This document shows, in pieces, positions 12,491 to 24,845 of a DNA stretch of 64,000 bases. Source of the DNA: Felis catus (taxonomy: Eukaryota); contig NC_058368.1 in NCBI RefSeq assembly GCF_018350175.1, positions 198,774,001 to 198,838,000 of the forward strand. Direction: 5' to 3'. Position 1 is the first letter of the stretch, and each line of letters starts with the position of its first letter. The position numbers were made by a program, and so were the translations under genes. The notes beneath the pieces are model-generated. The model was not told the origin of the DNA. It did no database searches and saw only the letters and a list, made by a program, of their open reading frames with translations.

Positions 12491-15059
12491 TATTACTTCG
12501 TGGTTTCTAGTAACCCTGCTTCTCAGTGACCATAGTATTAGAGAATATATTGGAAAAGTCTCATGGAATCAAAATGTATGGTTTGAGAATTCTTTTGGTT
12601 TTAAATGTGGTTGATACTTAGTAAGGAATTTATTACTAGGCTAGACACAGAACTTTTATTAAACCCCCTCCAGGTGTAAGAAACTGCTGATTAATTGATA
12701 AGGTGTTTCTTATAGATGTTAGTTGGATAGTACAAATAGAGAATGTGTCGAGACAACTGAAGTGAACACTTGAGGGAATTTTTGTAGCCTTGATTCTGTG
12801 CCACTGTAACATTGAAATTCAATACGATAAAAGAAGAATTCGAGGACCGGGGTTTGTAAGACGGGAATCTGTCTGTTCCCAAGCATGGTTTACTTTTACT
12901 GAAAAAAACTTCACCGACAGTTGCAGTAATGGCCATGGCAATGGAGAGGGTACCACAGAGTTTGGTGATAACATTTTAGCTCATGCCTCTTGTGTGATGA
13001 CGTGAGACCTAGGTAAAAGATAGAGCTTCCGAGACTGGGACGTGAGTTCCAGGCTCATGATAATGTGGTGTTTGGCACGTGATATTCTACCCCCTTAATT
13101 TTAATAGTCCTATTTGCAGTTGAGGGGCTGTCTCAAGAAGGTGATTTTTTTCCGAGTAGAATCTAACTGTGTATCCTGCGTTGAATGCTCAGAGGCAAAC
13201 TATGGAGGGAATTTGGCGCGTTCAGTAAGTCCTTTATTTAACAAATATTTTTGGAGGGCCCTTTCTGTCTGGAAGAAGACTGGGCCCTAGGCTGTGTCTC
13301 ACCCAAGAACGCAGGAGAAGCAGGCTAACCCCTGAGAAGAGTGTAGTTTTCCTAGGATTTAAGGTATCTCTTCTGTAGTAAGAAGATCATCCCGGTATAA
13401 GGTATATATTGTGGCATTTACGGAGATTTGTGACCAACTGAAATCAGGTTGCTTGCTTGAAAATTTCTGAGTTTAGGAGGAAAGAGTGGAGTGTTTTAGG
13501 ATCAATTTGTGAAGATACGAGACCTTTATAGAGGGTTTCTTAGAAGTTGGATCAGGTTGTTAATCAGGGAAAAATCTTGACATCAAGGAATAAATCCAAG
13601 AAGATCGGTGGAAAGATAGCCATACTGAGTGCCACAACATCGCTGGTGTGTGGAATGCTCAGATAGTTGTGCTCACTGTAGGGTTATTTCAAGAGGTTGG
13701 CATGGCCCGGCTCCTCCCTGCCAACTCCTTTTTTTTTTTTGTTAACCCCTTTCTGAAGGTTCCAAGGTGCTCCATCACCCCCATTCTCAACCTTCAGTTA
13801 AATTTTTTATTTCTTCAAAATAAGAAGAGGCATGAACTTGGGCTCCTTATCTATTGAGAAGAAATGGTGTGAAATGAAATAACAATGACCAGGGGAGTTA
13901 AATGAAACTCACTCTTGGGAGATCTTAAGAAGAAACTTTGTTTACATACACAGGACTGATAGATGTCTGTGTATGTTCGTATATATAATTTATATGTAAA
14001 ACATTTATTAGAACTATACATATAGTCCTATGTTCTCATCAGTTTTCTCTTTTCTGAGGGTGTTTCCTAAATCTTTCACCTAACTGAATTCTCCTTCTGA
14101 AACCAATATTGCACTGTATATTAACTAACATTTAAATTTAAAAAAATCTATGTCCTCAAAAAAATTCTTAAAATTCTCATTCACCTATATTTTTCTCATG
14201 TGGTCTCTTCCTACCACTCATGCAATCATTCTAGCACAATTGTATATCAAGCCTGATTCTAGGAGCTGAGAATAAGAGATATTTAAAATACACCCCCCAT
14301 CTTCAAGAAATTCCTGATTTGGGCTTATGGAGACATTCGTGAAAACAAATTTGACATCGCAGCTGCTTTTATCGTTCATTTTCTGTCTCTGACTCTCTTC
14401 AGTCAAACTCTTGCTCACTCAGGGTTCTGACTCCAGTGCTATAGTCCTGCTGCCCTTCAGATCTCTTCAGGATTGGCTTCTGAATCAGTCTTCACCTCAA
14501 CTTTCCAATCTATCTAGAGTCTTCCAGAAACGCATCGTCTTCATATTCTTTTATTCTTTTTAGTTCATTTATTCAACAACTATTTATTAAGCACACATAG
14601 AACCAGGCTGGGTTCTAGAGACTGGTGGTTATAGCATCAAGACAAAGCACAGCCCTTGCATAGACCATCTGATGGACACAAGGGGAGACTCTTGGGTACT
14701 TGTCTCCTTGATTAAAGCCCAATATTCCTACTTATGGACCTGGAACTTTCTAGATTAATCCCTTCAGTACTTGAAAGGATTTTAAATATCATCCAGGAGA
14801 GCTCTTCTGATCTCTACAAAGGACATTCTGTAGTATTGCTTAGTGGATTTGTTCTTCTTGCAAATTCTTTCATTTGAGAGGTTTTCGTTGAAACTAATCC
14901 AAATCCTTTCTTTTTTAGTTTTAATTAATTACCCTGCTTGTCTTGCGATAGATATTATTCTGGATGTTGTGCAAGATACCTAACAGGATCCTCAACAGAC
15001 AGAAAGCTTCATCTTTGAACAAATATCCCTTGTTCCTAGTAGAGGAAGCCCAGCCATTC

Positions 15060-15195
15060 TATATGATTCTAGGCAAGTCTGTTTTCCTGTGTCTCTACTT
15101 CTGTATCTATAAAATGTCGTAATAATAGTTCCTGCATTACATAATCGTTGTGAGGACTAAATTAACATAGGTCAAGTGCTTAGAGATCGCCTGGC
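15060..15195 (+). mobile_element. MIR
   Basis: 'ctaggcaagtc...atctataaaatg...taataatagttcctgcattacataatcgttgtgaggactaaa'. Confidence 0.7.
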
Positions 15196-18100
15196 CATAG
15201 CTGACATTTTTGGAAGATTTACATTATAATTATACCTTTGCCCTCCCAACCCCCCTAAAAAACACCATTCATAAGCCCTTTCCCCAAGGTCTCGAGAAAT
15301 CGCCCAAATTACATATTGATTGTTTTTTCTCCTTGCAGTCATGCCTCTCTCCCTCGTGGACAAGATGATCTTTTTCTTCATTTTGTCACACCTGTTTAAA
15401 CTGAAAAGTCACAGGGAAGGAACTCCTTGGAATCTTTTGGTTAACTGCCTAGTGTATTTTTTTGGCAGTGCATGTGTGTTAATATTAGATGTTTTTGTCC
15501 CATCTACCTTATCCCCTTTCTCTCTGTTTTCAGTTTCCACCTGAAAAATCTCTTCTATCTCAGTGCCTCTGAGTTGCTTCCATTCTGTTTGGCTTGTGTA
15601 TTTAAACCACATTACTAAGGTAAATGAAGCATCCGGCATTTAGCTGAATTGGAAGCACCGGTCCCATTGCGGTGACATTACAGCTCTGGTGAGTTTTCAT
15701 TTTAGAAATTTCCAGTCCTGAAATCTGCAGGTTTTTGTGCATTCAGAGATGTTTTTCACTTGATTTTGAAATTGCATTTGCAAATTGATAGGACCCAGAG
15801 AGGAAAAATTCATTTCTTAACACGTTTGGCTTGTTACCATTTATTGATAAGGATCCAGACATCCTACTATTCCTTTTGCTTTCCCTAACTGAATTCTGGA
15901 ACCAAGATTGGTCTTGTCAAATGACTTGTTTTCTTCCTCTGATATTCTAATGAGTTCTGTCTGACTTGCTTCCCCACCCAGTAAACCGTTTGGCAGTCTT
16001 GTCTTCCCAGTTGACACTGGAAAAGGCGAAAGCTGAAAAGCAGTGAGCTGTCTTACATGCTTCAGTATTGGCTGCTACTTGTCAATCGGAAGGAAAGTTC
16101 ATGAAGATTTTTGTTTGCACTTTATTTTTCTCCCTTTAAAGACGAGACGACTTTGCTTTTGCAGAAGGTGGTGAGGGGAAGTGTGGAACAGTGCAAGTTG
16201 TGTTCGTTTACCCATTTACTTCAGCCCATGCAATAGTGATTGAATGATTTTTGAGGATTGTCAGCTAAGCCATTTTTTAAAAGGTTGCTTCTTTCAGCAG
16301 CCAAGCTGTTATATGAAACAGATGTTGACTCTGTCCTGTTTCTTTGTTTGCCTGGAGGAATACACCGCCTCCTCATAGTGAAAGGTGCTGTTTCTTTGTA
16401 TCCTGCTAGTTATCTTGGTGCTGTTAATCTGTCCAGGTTATTTGCATTTCTTAATTTCACCAGACAAACGGTACGGATTTCTTGACAGGCAACCCAGGGG
16501 GCACTGCTGCCTGCTTCTTTTAATTTCTGCTTTCTGTGCCCAGGCCATTTGATGCCTTTCACCAAAATAAAGCCTTCTTCCTTCAGAGTCTCCGATTAAA
16601 CCTTCTTTCAGAAGGAACAACAGCTCTCTTTTATTTGATGTGTTCTCACAGCCCTTTGTGGATTATGATTATTACCTCCGTATCTTCACTACCACCTCCT
16701 TGTTAAGACAAATCATAGCTAAATATCTATGAATTTAATGTCATTGCCTCTACTATCCAGTAGAGGAGGAATCAAGACCGTATGAACAGTATAGGTAGAC
16801 CCGAAGACCTTATTACGGCCACATTGCTTTAAGGAACGAGTGGGGTTGAAAGATTTCTTGCTGCTGTAAAAGAGAACAACTTGCCATTCAAAAACTCTTT
16901 TAGACCTCTCCAAACAAGGATTTCTCTGGAAGAGGTGGCAAGAAACCATGACCCTGGCAAAGGAACGTGATAGCACAAAGTGGGGGCCCGTGGAAGGCCA
17001 GGTCCACAGCATACCTTGTGATCGTGCTGTAAGCTCAATTATAGTCAGCTGCACTCAAGTAAGTCTGCATCTTCCATATCTGTTGTAGAATTACAAGGAA
17101 GAAATGTGATTCAGCCTCAAGACACTCTGTCCCTCTATGCATTTTAGCTTCTTGTTGTTGTTTTCTTATCTGCAAAATGTAAGTTTTAATAAATCATCAC
17201 TACTTATTTCCCAAGGGATTGGGCTGGAAAAGAAAAGTTCAGTTGCCTAAAGCCCCTGGAGGGATGCTTTAAGATAGACAGTGGTATTTCCACTAATTCT
17301 GTTTTTATAGTGGCGGTTCCAGTGTCATATGTAATAGTGAATGATCGAAACTTCTTGATATAGTATTGTTTCCTTATCTAGGAAAAGAACCAGGCCTTTC
17401 TGGAATGGGGACAACCGGTTAACTCCTGGCTCTCTGAGCTGTGTACTTTCTCACTGAGGCTTAGGCTCTACTAGGGGAAATGATATTGGTATAAAGCCAA
17501 GTGACTTGGATGCAAGTTGAAAGGCCACAGCTATCTGAATTGGTTGAACAGGATCCCAGGGTGGTGGTGTTCAAGCGTTTTTTACACTTGCTAAGGGAAA
17601 ACTGAGCCAAACAGTCAGCAGAGCCAAATAAATGAATCTGGGGGCCCAGAAGTCCGTTACTGGCTGATGTAGACCTGACCTTAATTTTTGTTTTCTTCTG
17701 GAGAAGTGCCTAGGAAATTTTTTTTTTTTTTTTAATTTGTCTCCCTGGTCATAGTTTAGGATAGTACTTAACAATCTACTCTTCTAAGACTAGATAGATA
17801 CACAGATAGATATACATACAGTGCTCAAGAAACTAGTTTCCTGGCCTTTTGACCCCCCCTGAGAATAGGGATCTCACATGCTGCTAAGGTTGCCTGCCTC
17901 ACCATTGATTCCTGTTCAGGGGCAGTCAGGTCATTTTATATCTTCCAACTCTACCAAACTTCCTCACAGAACATTTGTGTTGGGTTCTTAGCTTCTTAAC
18001 CCTCACGAGGGAAAAGATATCTCTGTTTCTCCCAGGGGTTGCCATAATAGCAACCAATTTTCATTGTGTGTTTGGTTTCAGTGTGATATTGCAGCGACAG

Positions 18101-19116
18101 CACTGGAAGTCAAGAGACTAGTATTTTTCTCTATCCAAACAAGCCATGGGACACTGGGCAAGGCTCTTGACCTTTCCAAGGCTGCTTTCTTTTCTAGCAG
18201 CTGAGGATGCTGATAACCATTCTCCTTTGGATATAACTAGTTTATTTTTTATCCTGAAACCCATAGTTATCTACTTCACTTTGACCCCTAGGGACCATAG
18301 AGCCCACCTTTAACAACTATGCGTGATTATCGTACTTTATTTTTTTCTAAGTTCATTTAACCCTAACTTCCTCTATTTTTTCTTTCTTTGTTTTTTTTGT
18401 TGTTTTTTGTTTGTTTGTTTGTTTTGTTTTGGTATTGTAGACATTTCAAAAAATCTGTGTGTGTTATGTGAGACAGGTATATATGTTCATGAGATAACAA
18501 CTCATACTAACTTCAAGTTCCTGTGACTTAAAGTCACTGTGCTGTTTACTTCAAGAAGCATTACAGTCTAGTGTGGGAAATACTATAACAAGATTGAGTG
18601 CAAGATGCAGTTAGGATCTTATAGAAAGGACAAAGGAGACGTCACAGAGGGAAAGACAAGTCATAGAAGTGGCACTGGGTTTGGTCTAATCTTTCAACCA
18701 TAAACCAAGTCCACTGTCAACTCCTTGACTTACATCTCATCTGTTTTCTTTCTAGACTTCTACTCTGTGATGTCCTTGTCCTTTCTGCATGATCAGAATT
18801 GCGTCTTGTACTCAATCCTGTTACATTCTTTAGCATACCAGACTATAATGTTATGAAGAATTGAAAAACACACCATAATCTTAAGAGTTTATTATATTGT
18901 GATATAAAACATATCTGCAGTTCCAAAATGGAGAGAAAATTGCTGGTCATGCCCCAAGATACTAGAGTAAGGCTAGACCCTTAAGAAGCAAACTGTTGCT
19001 TTGTTGTTGAATTCATTTCAGTGAATACTTAATAAATACTAATTATATGCAATCACTTAGAGATCTCATCCCTGCACCTGCACACACAGGAGCTCCTGAG
19101 CCCATTTCTTCAGATA

Positions 19117-19300
19117 GTTTAAGTTTTCTCTTACTTATTTTGAGAGAGAGAGAACACAAGGGAGAGAGAGAGAGTCCCAAGCAGGCTCCACACTGCCAGC
19201 ACAGAGCCAGACGCGGGGCCCCATCTCACCACTGGGAGATCATGACCTGAGCTGAAATCAAGAGTCAGACACTTAACCAGCTGAGCTACCCAGGCAGCCC
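19117..19300 (-). mobile_element. CAN-SINE
   Basis: Antisense body with tcttcagata repeated on both flanks. Confidence 0.9.
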
Positions 19301-20357
19301 TCTTCAGATATTTTGATGGGAGAGTAATATTGGCCATAATGTTTATGTAATTTCTTAGAAAAGATTAAACAACTTTACTAGATTTCTACAATTATCAAGT
19401 TGACAGTTGTTCAAGAGGTAATATGTTTGTAGCTATTCATTACTTAGCAGACTAAGTTGGTTCTCTCACCTATCCCTTAGAACTGAACAAAATTGAACTG
19501 GTTAGATTTGTTTTGAGGCATTGTAAATGTGTTGCTTTTTAATTCCTTAAGGTCCAAAGCATTGTCAAGAAGCTCTATTGAAGATGCTTGATCATTTTAA
19601 TCTTGAAATTCACTGATATTTTATGGCATCATTGTGAGAAGCAATGTAAAGAATTTATTGCATAAAGTTAACTTTAATTACAGGTATGTGGAGTACTTAT
19701 GATTGAACATTGAAGGTTGATTTTTTTTTATACTCCCTCCTTTGCCATAATTTTATAAAATTTCAAAAAATCAGAAAATGATTATAAGTTAAATCTGTAA
19801 CAAAGATTTAATCCACAGTGAAGAAAGGAAAGCATGCCAAAGACTGAGGCATGGGCAAGGAAAACATGACATAGAAGGGGAATTCATCAGGATTAATAAT
19901 CAGAGAGCTTATTGGAGTTATTAATTGGGGCTTTACATTTGGACCTATGCCCTTATTTTTCTTCTCTCCTGTGTTAAGTTGTGGATAGCAGCTGTGTTTA
20001 CCCACAAACTAAATCTTGGAAGTGGGTGCTAGACTCAGAGAGGCAAGACAGTGCCCTAATAATGTACTAACTGCCAGGTGGGTTGCAAAGCCCACACACA
20101 CAGGAGAGAAGCCACTTGTCTGTCCCTATTAATCACTGAAAGTAGGCAATGGTAAACAAAACAGCTGGCAAACGTAGATTCTTAAAAGATAAGCATATAA
20201 TCACGGCACACAACAATATGAGGAAAATCGGCACCATCAAAGAAAACTTACCCCATCAAACGAAGAAAAAGTATCGAGGGACCTAGAGGTAATAGAGTGA
20301 TCAGAAGAAGACATTCAGAGAGATAAGGTTTTGTATTATGAAAAGGAATCTAACACA

Positions 20358-20466
20358 GGGACGCCTGGGTGGCTCAGTCGGTAGAGCATCCGACTCATTC
20401 TTGATCTCAGGGTCATGACTTCAAGCCCCACATTGGGTGTGGAGCTTACTTAAAAAAAAAAAAAAA
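20358..20466 (+). mobile_element. Short CAN-SINE (head plus poly-A)
   Basis: 'gggacgcctgggtggctcagtcggtagagcat...ggagcttacttaaaaaaaa'. Confidence 0.88.
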
Positions 20467-20939
20467 TCCAAGACAGAACTTGGGAAATGAATTTGACTTT
20501 AAAATTTAAAATGAAAATGTCAGTTGACACAACTCAGATGTAAATTTAAAAAAACTAAGGATTGAGTTAGGGAATTTCCTCAGAATGCCCTGCAAAAGGA
20601 TGACCTTGGAAATATGAGAGAAAATTGAGAAGACTGAAGGAACAGTTATAGAGTTCTAACATCCCTCTAAGAGTTCTAAAAAGAGAGTAAAGAGAAATTA
20701 CAGAGAATAAAATAATCAAAGTAGAAAAACCTCAAATGTGAAAAAAGACTTACTCAAATTTAATGAGTCTTCTGAGGCCAAGAAAAGACTTCTATCTAGA
20801 CATATTATAAAGAAAAAATCATTAATTGTAATCACAGGAACGCACAAGGAAGTGAATTCTGATTTTAACATAGGAGATGTCAGGTAGAATCATAAAGTAT
20901 ATTTTCTTTAGATTACACATTGTAATTAAAAGAAAAAAA

Positions 20940-21130
20940 ATGTTCATGTTTGTTTATTCTTGGGAGAGAAAGAGCACAAGTGGGGGCGAGGCAGAGAGAG
21001 AGAAACAGAATGTGAAGCAGGCTCCAGGCTGTCAGCACAGAGCCTGCTGGCGGGGCTCAAACCCATGAACTGTGTGATCATGACCTGAGCCGAAGTTGGG
21101 CGCTCAACCGACTGAGCCACCCAGGTGCCT
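20940..21130 (-). mobile_element. CAN-SINE
   Basis: Antisense body ending 'gagccacccaggtgcc'. Confidence 0.9.
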
Positions 21131-21180
21131 CATTAAAAGAAATTTTGAAATTTAAATATATTTCTTTAAAAATTAAGGGT

Positions 21181-21811
21181 TGGAAATGTAAGCTGGTACA
21201 GCCTCTCTGGAAAACAGTATGGAAGTTCCTCAAAAAACTAAAAATAGAACTACCCTATGACCCAGCAATTGCACTACTAGGTATTTATCCAAGGGATACA
21301 GGTGTGCTTTTTTGAAGGGACACAGACACCCCCATGTTTATAGCAGCACTATCAACAATAGCCAAAGTATGGAAACAGCCCAAATGTCCATTGGATGGAT
21401 GAATGGATAAAGAAGATGTGGTATACATATACAATGGAGTATTACTCGGCAGTCAAAAAGAATGAAATCTTGCCATTTGCAACTACGTGGATGGAACTGG
21501 AGGGTATTATGCTGAGTGAAATTAGTCCGTCAGAGAGAGACAAATATCAGATGGCTTCACTCATATGAGGACTTTACGAGGCAAAACAGATGAACATAAG
21601 GGACGGGAAGCAAAAAGAGTACAAAAACAGGGAGGGAGACAAAACATAAGAGACTCTTAAATATAGAGAACAAACTGAGGGCTGCTGGAGGGGTTGTGGG
21701 AGGGGGGATGGGCTAAATGGGTAAGGGGCACTAACGAATCTACTCCTGAAATCATTGTTGCATTATATGGTAACTAATTTGGATGTAAATTTAAAATAAA
21801 TAAAATGAAAG

Positions 21812-21842
<31 letters not shown>

Positions 21843-21853
21843 CAAGTAGAAAA
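21181..21853 (+). mobile_element. Felid/carnivore L1 3' end (ORF2 C-terminus plus 3'UTR), 5'-truncated
   Basis: Well-preserved 'aaaatagaactaccctatgacccagcaattgcactactagg' and A/(TA)n tail. TSD aaaaattaagggt at 21168-21180 and 21854-21866. Confidence 0.93.
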
Positions 21854-22366
21854 AAAAATTAAGGGTAAACATGAAAACAGTAAAAGTAGGATGATATCTA
21901 CATAAATACAATTTTTTAAAAATCTGAAAAGTTATTCAGCTAACATAAACAATTCTAGAATGGAGTGAGTTCACTGGGATCAAGTAGAATTTTTGTTTTT
22001 TCTTGTGTGAACTTTGTTCATGAGAATTTAAGAAATACAATTTAAGAAAATACACCATAAAGATAGAAAGCTAAGGATATTTGATAAATTCAGCAACATG
22101 CAAAAATGGAAAAAGAACAAAACAGTCATGATAAACAGAAAACATGTATACGATGATAACTACGAAAATGAATAAATTAAGTTCCCCTTTTATATAGGTG
22201 GCATAAAAAACAATGAATGTAACATATTCAGCTATATGTGGTTATGAGACACTTCTGCAACAACGACAAATGCAGCAAGGTAAAAATAGAGGGATAGAAG
22301 AGATAGCCTTAAAAAAGACCATTGAAAAGAAAGTACTGGGAGCATTATTAACATCAAATGAAACAA

Positions 22367-22572
22367 GGTGCGCCTGGGTGGCTCAGTCAGTTAAGCGTCC
22401 AACTTTGGCTCAAGTCATGATCTGTGCTGACAACTCAGAGCCTGGAGCCTGCTTCAGATTCTGTGCCCCCGTCTCTCTCTGCTCCCCCCCTCCCACTTTC
22501 TCTCCTTCCCTTCCTCCCTCTCTCTTGCTCTCTCTCCCCGCTCCTCTCAAAAATAAATATTAAAAAAAAAAT
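22367..22572 (+). mobile_element. CAN-SINE
   Basis: 'ggtgcgcctgggtggctcagtcagttaagcgtcc' head, CT-rich part and A tail. Confidence 0.9.
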
Positions 22573-22806
22573 TTTTTTTAATCAGGTGAAATGCAATTCA
22601 CAGCAAAGAACATTAAGTTGATTTATGTTGAGATTTTCATGTTGATCTACTAGGATAGCTGAGTACTCCTGAATCTTTACATAATTCTGAATCTTATAAA
22701 ACGAAAACTAAGAAAAATGTAAGAAAAAGCCAACAGATCCACAATCTGAATTTAATCTAATTGATAACTACTGAATGTCACATTTAAGTAGAAATCACAT
22801 GTTCTT

Positions 22807-22990
22807 GGGGTGCCTGGGTGGCTCCGTTAGTTAAGGGTCCCACTCTTGATTAAGGCTCAGGTCGTGATCTCATGGTTTCTGGGATCGAGTCCTGTGTCAG
22901 TAAGTGTGGAGCCTGCTGGGGATTCTTTCTCCGCTTTCTTTGCCCCTTCCCCTGCTCAAGCATTCTTTTAAAATAAACATTAAAAAAAAC
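22807..22990 (+). mobile_element. CAN-SINE
   Basis: 'ggggtgcctgggtggctccgttag' head. Flanks cacatgttctt / cacacgttctt. Confidence 0.9.
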
Positions 22991-23131
22991 AACACACGTT
23001 CTTTTAAAACATGCATAAAATTTACACACAACTATGTATGTTTTCTGACTAAAATCCAGTAAAATTAGAAATTAGTAGCAAATAGACAAAAATAAGAACA
23101 CATGAAACGGGATTTAAAAGTGCCCTAACCT

Positions 23132-23596
23132 AAAGAGCCCAAATGTACATCGCCTGATGAATGGATAAAGAAGATTTGGTGTGTGTATATACAACAGATT
23201 ACCACTCAGTGATCAGAAAGAATGAAATTTTACCATTTGCAACAATGTGGATGGAACTAGAGTGTGTTATGCTCAGTGAAATTAAGTCAGAGACCAATAT
23301 CTTAAGATTTCACTCAGGTGGAATTTAAGAAACACAGCAGATGAATGTAGGAGAAGGGAAGGAAAAATAAAACCAGGGAGGCAACCATAAGAGACTCTTA
23401 AATACAGAGAATAAACTGAGGTTTGCTAGAGAGGAGGAGAGTGGGGGAGGGGTTAAATGGGTGATGGGCATTAAGGAGGGCACTTCCTGGCATGTGCACC
23501 GGGTGTTATATGTAACTGGTGAATCACTGAGTTCTCCTGAAACCAAAACGATAGGCTAACCTAATTTGAATGTAAATAAGTAAATTCTTAAAAGGA
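23132..23596 (+). mobile_element. Carnivore L1 3' end, 5'-truncated
   Basis: 'gggtgatgggcattaaggagggcact' 3'UTR. Imperfect TSD aaagtgccctaacct / aaggtaccctaacct. Confidence 0.88.
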
Positions 23597-24636
23597 AAAA
23601 GGTACCCTAACCTTATACCATCTATAAAAATCAAAATGGATCCTAGACCTAAATATAAATCTGAAACTATTAAACTTCTAGAAGAAAACCTGAGACAATT
23701 TTTGTGACCTTAGGTTAGACAAAGATTTCTTAGATAAGACACCAAAAATCTCCATAGAAAGAAAATTGGTAAGTTGAATTTCATAGTACTTCTGCTTTTT
23801 GAAAGACATTGCTAGAGAATGAAAAGGCCATCTATTGACTAGCTAAACCTTATTTGGAGATCTGATAAAAAAAAAAAAAAACAGCAACAAGAAAAGAAAC
23901 ATTTCAAAAATGGGCAAAAACTTTGAACATCTCCTTTATCCAAGAAGATACAAAGAAGGTAAATAAGGTCATGTAAAAGGGTCCCCACTTTATTAGCCAT
24001 TCACTTTATTAGCCATTAGGGAAATACAAATTAAAACCACCACACACATATTGAAACGTCTAAAATTTAAAGGCCTGAATATATCAAGTGTTCTGGAAAG
24101 AGTGGAGAAGAACTAGAATTTTCATCTAATGCTGGTAGAAATGTACAATGGTACAACCACTTTGAAAAACAGTTTGGTTTGCATTTATGTTAAGAGACTG
24201 CCAGTCTTAGAATCAAGCCATTCCACTCTAGGAGAAATGAAAACTATGTTTACACAAAATCCCGTGTGTAAGTGCTCATAGCAACTTTATATTAAAAACT
24301 GTCACAACCCACATGTCATCAGTTGGTGAATGGGTAAACAGATGTGGTGTATCCATGTAAGGAAATAGTATCTGGCAGGAAAAAAAGAATGACCTATGGG
24401 TACATGCCATAACATGGATGAATCTCTAATTCTGCTGAGCAGAAGAAGCTAGACAAAACAGAATGTGTAAGGTGGTATTCCCATACTGGGATAAATTTTT
24501 ATTCCATTTATAGAAAGTACTAGAAAATGCAAACTGATACTTTAACAAAGTAACAGTATTTCAGGGATTCCCTAAGGGAGAGGGACAGGGGGCTGCGGAG
24601 GGCAAGGGGGGAGTGGAGGGATATAAGGGTTGTGAG

Positions 24637-24845
24637 AGGGGTGCCTGGGTGGTTCAGTTAAGCGTCTGACTCTTGGTTTTGGCTCAGGTCATGAGCTCAC
24701 GGTTATGAGATCAATCCCCCATCAGGCTTGGAACGGAGAGTGGAGCCCGCTTGGGATTCTCTCTCTCTCTCCTTCTATCTCTGCCCCTCCCACCCGCACT
24801 TGCACAGGTGTGCGTTCTCTCTCAAAATAAACTTAAAAGAAAAAT
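24637..24845 (+). mobile_element. CAN-SINE inserted in the old L1 3'UTR
   Basis: 'ggggtgcctgggtggttcagttaagcgtctgact' head. Confidence 0.9.

Noticed and set aside
12790..13005. Protein-looking ORF (IQYDKRRIRGPGFVRRESVCSQAWF...) with a nearby AG and AG|GTAAAA
   Set aside because: No recognisable family, weak pyrimidine tract, and no poly-A or TSD to suggest a retrocopy.
16719..17054. Overlapping ORFs in unique sequence
   Set aside because: No homology I can recognise, and the most protein-like + frame has an internal stop.
23986..24017. 16-bp tandem duplication cactttattagccatt x2
   Set aside because: Simple slippage inside an old L1. Two units only, not an array.
24577..24630. G-run cluster (possible G-quadruplex)
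   Set aside because: This is the usual G-rich tract of an L1 3'UTR.
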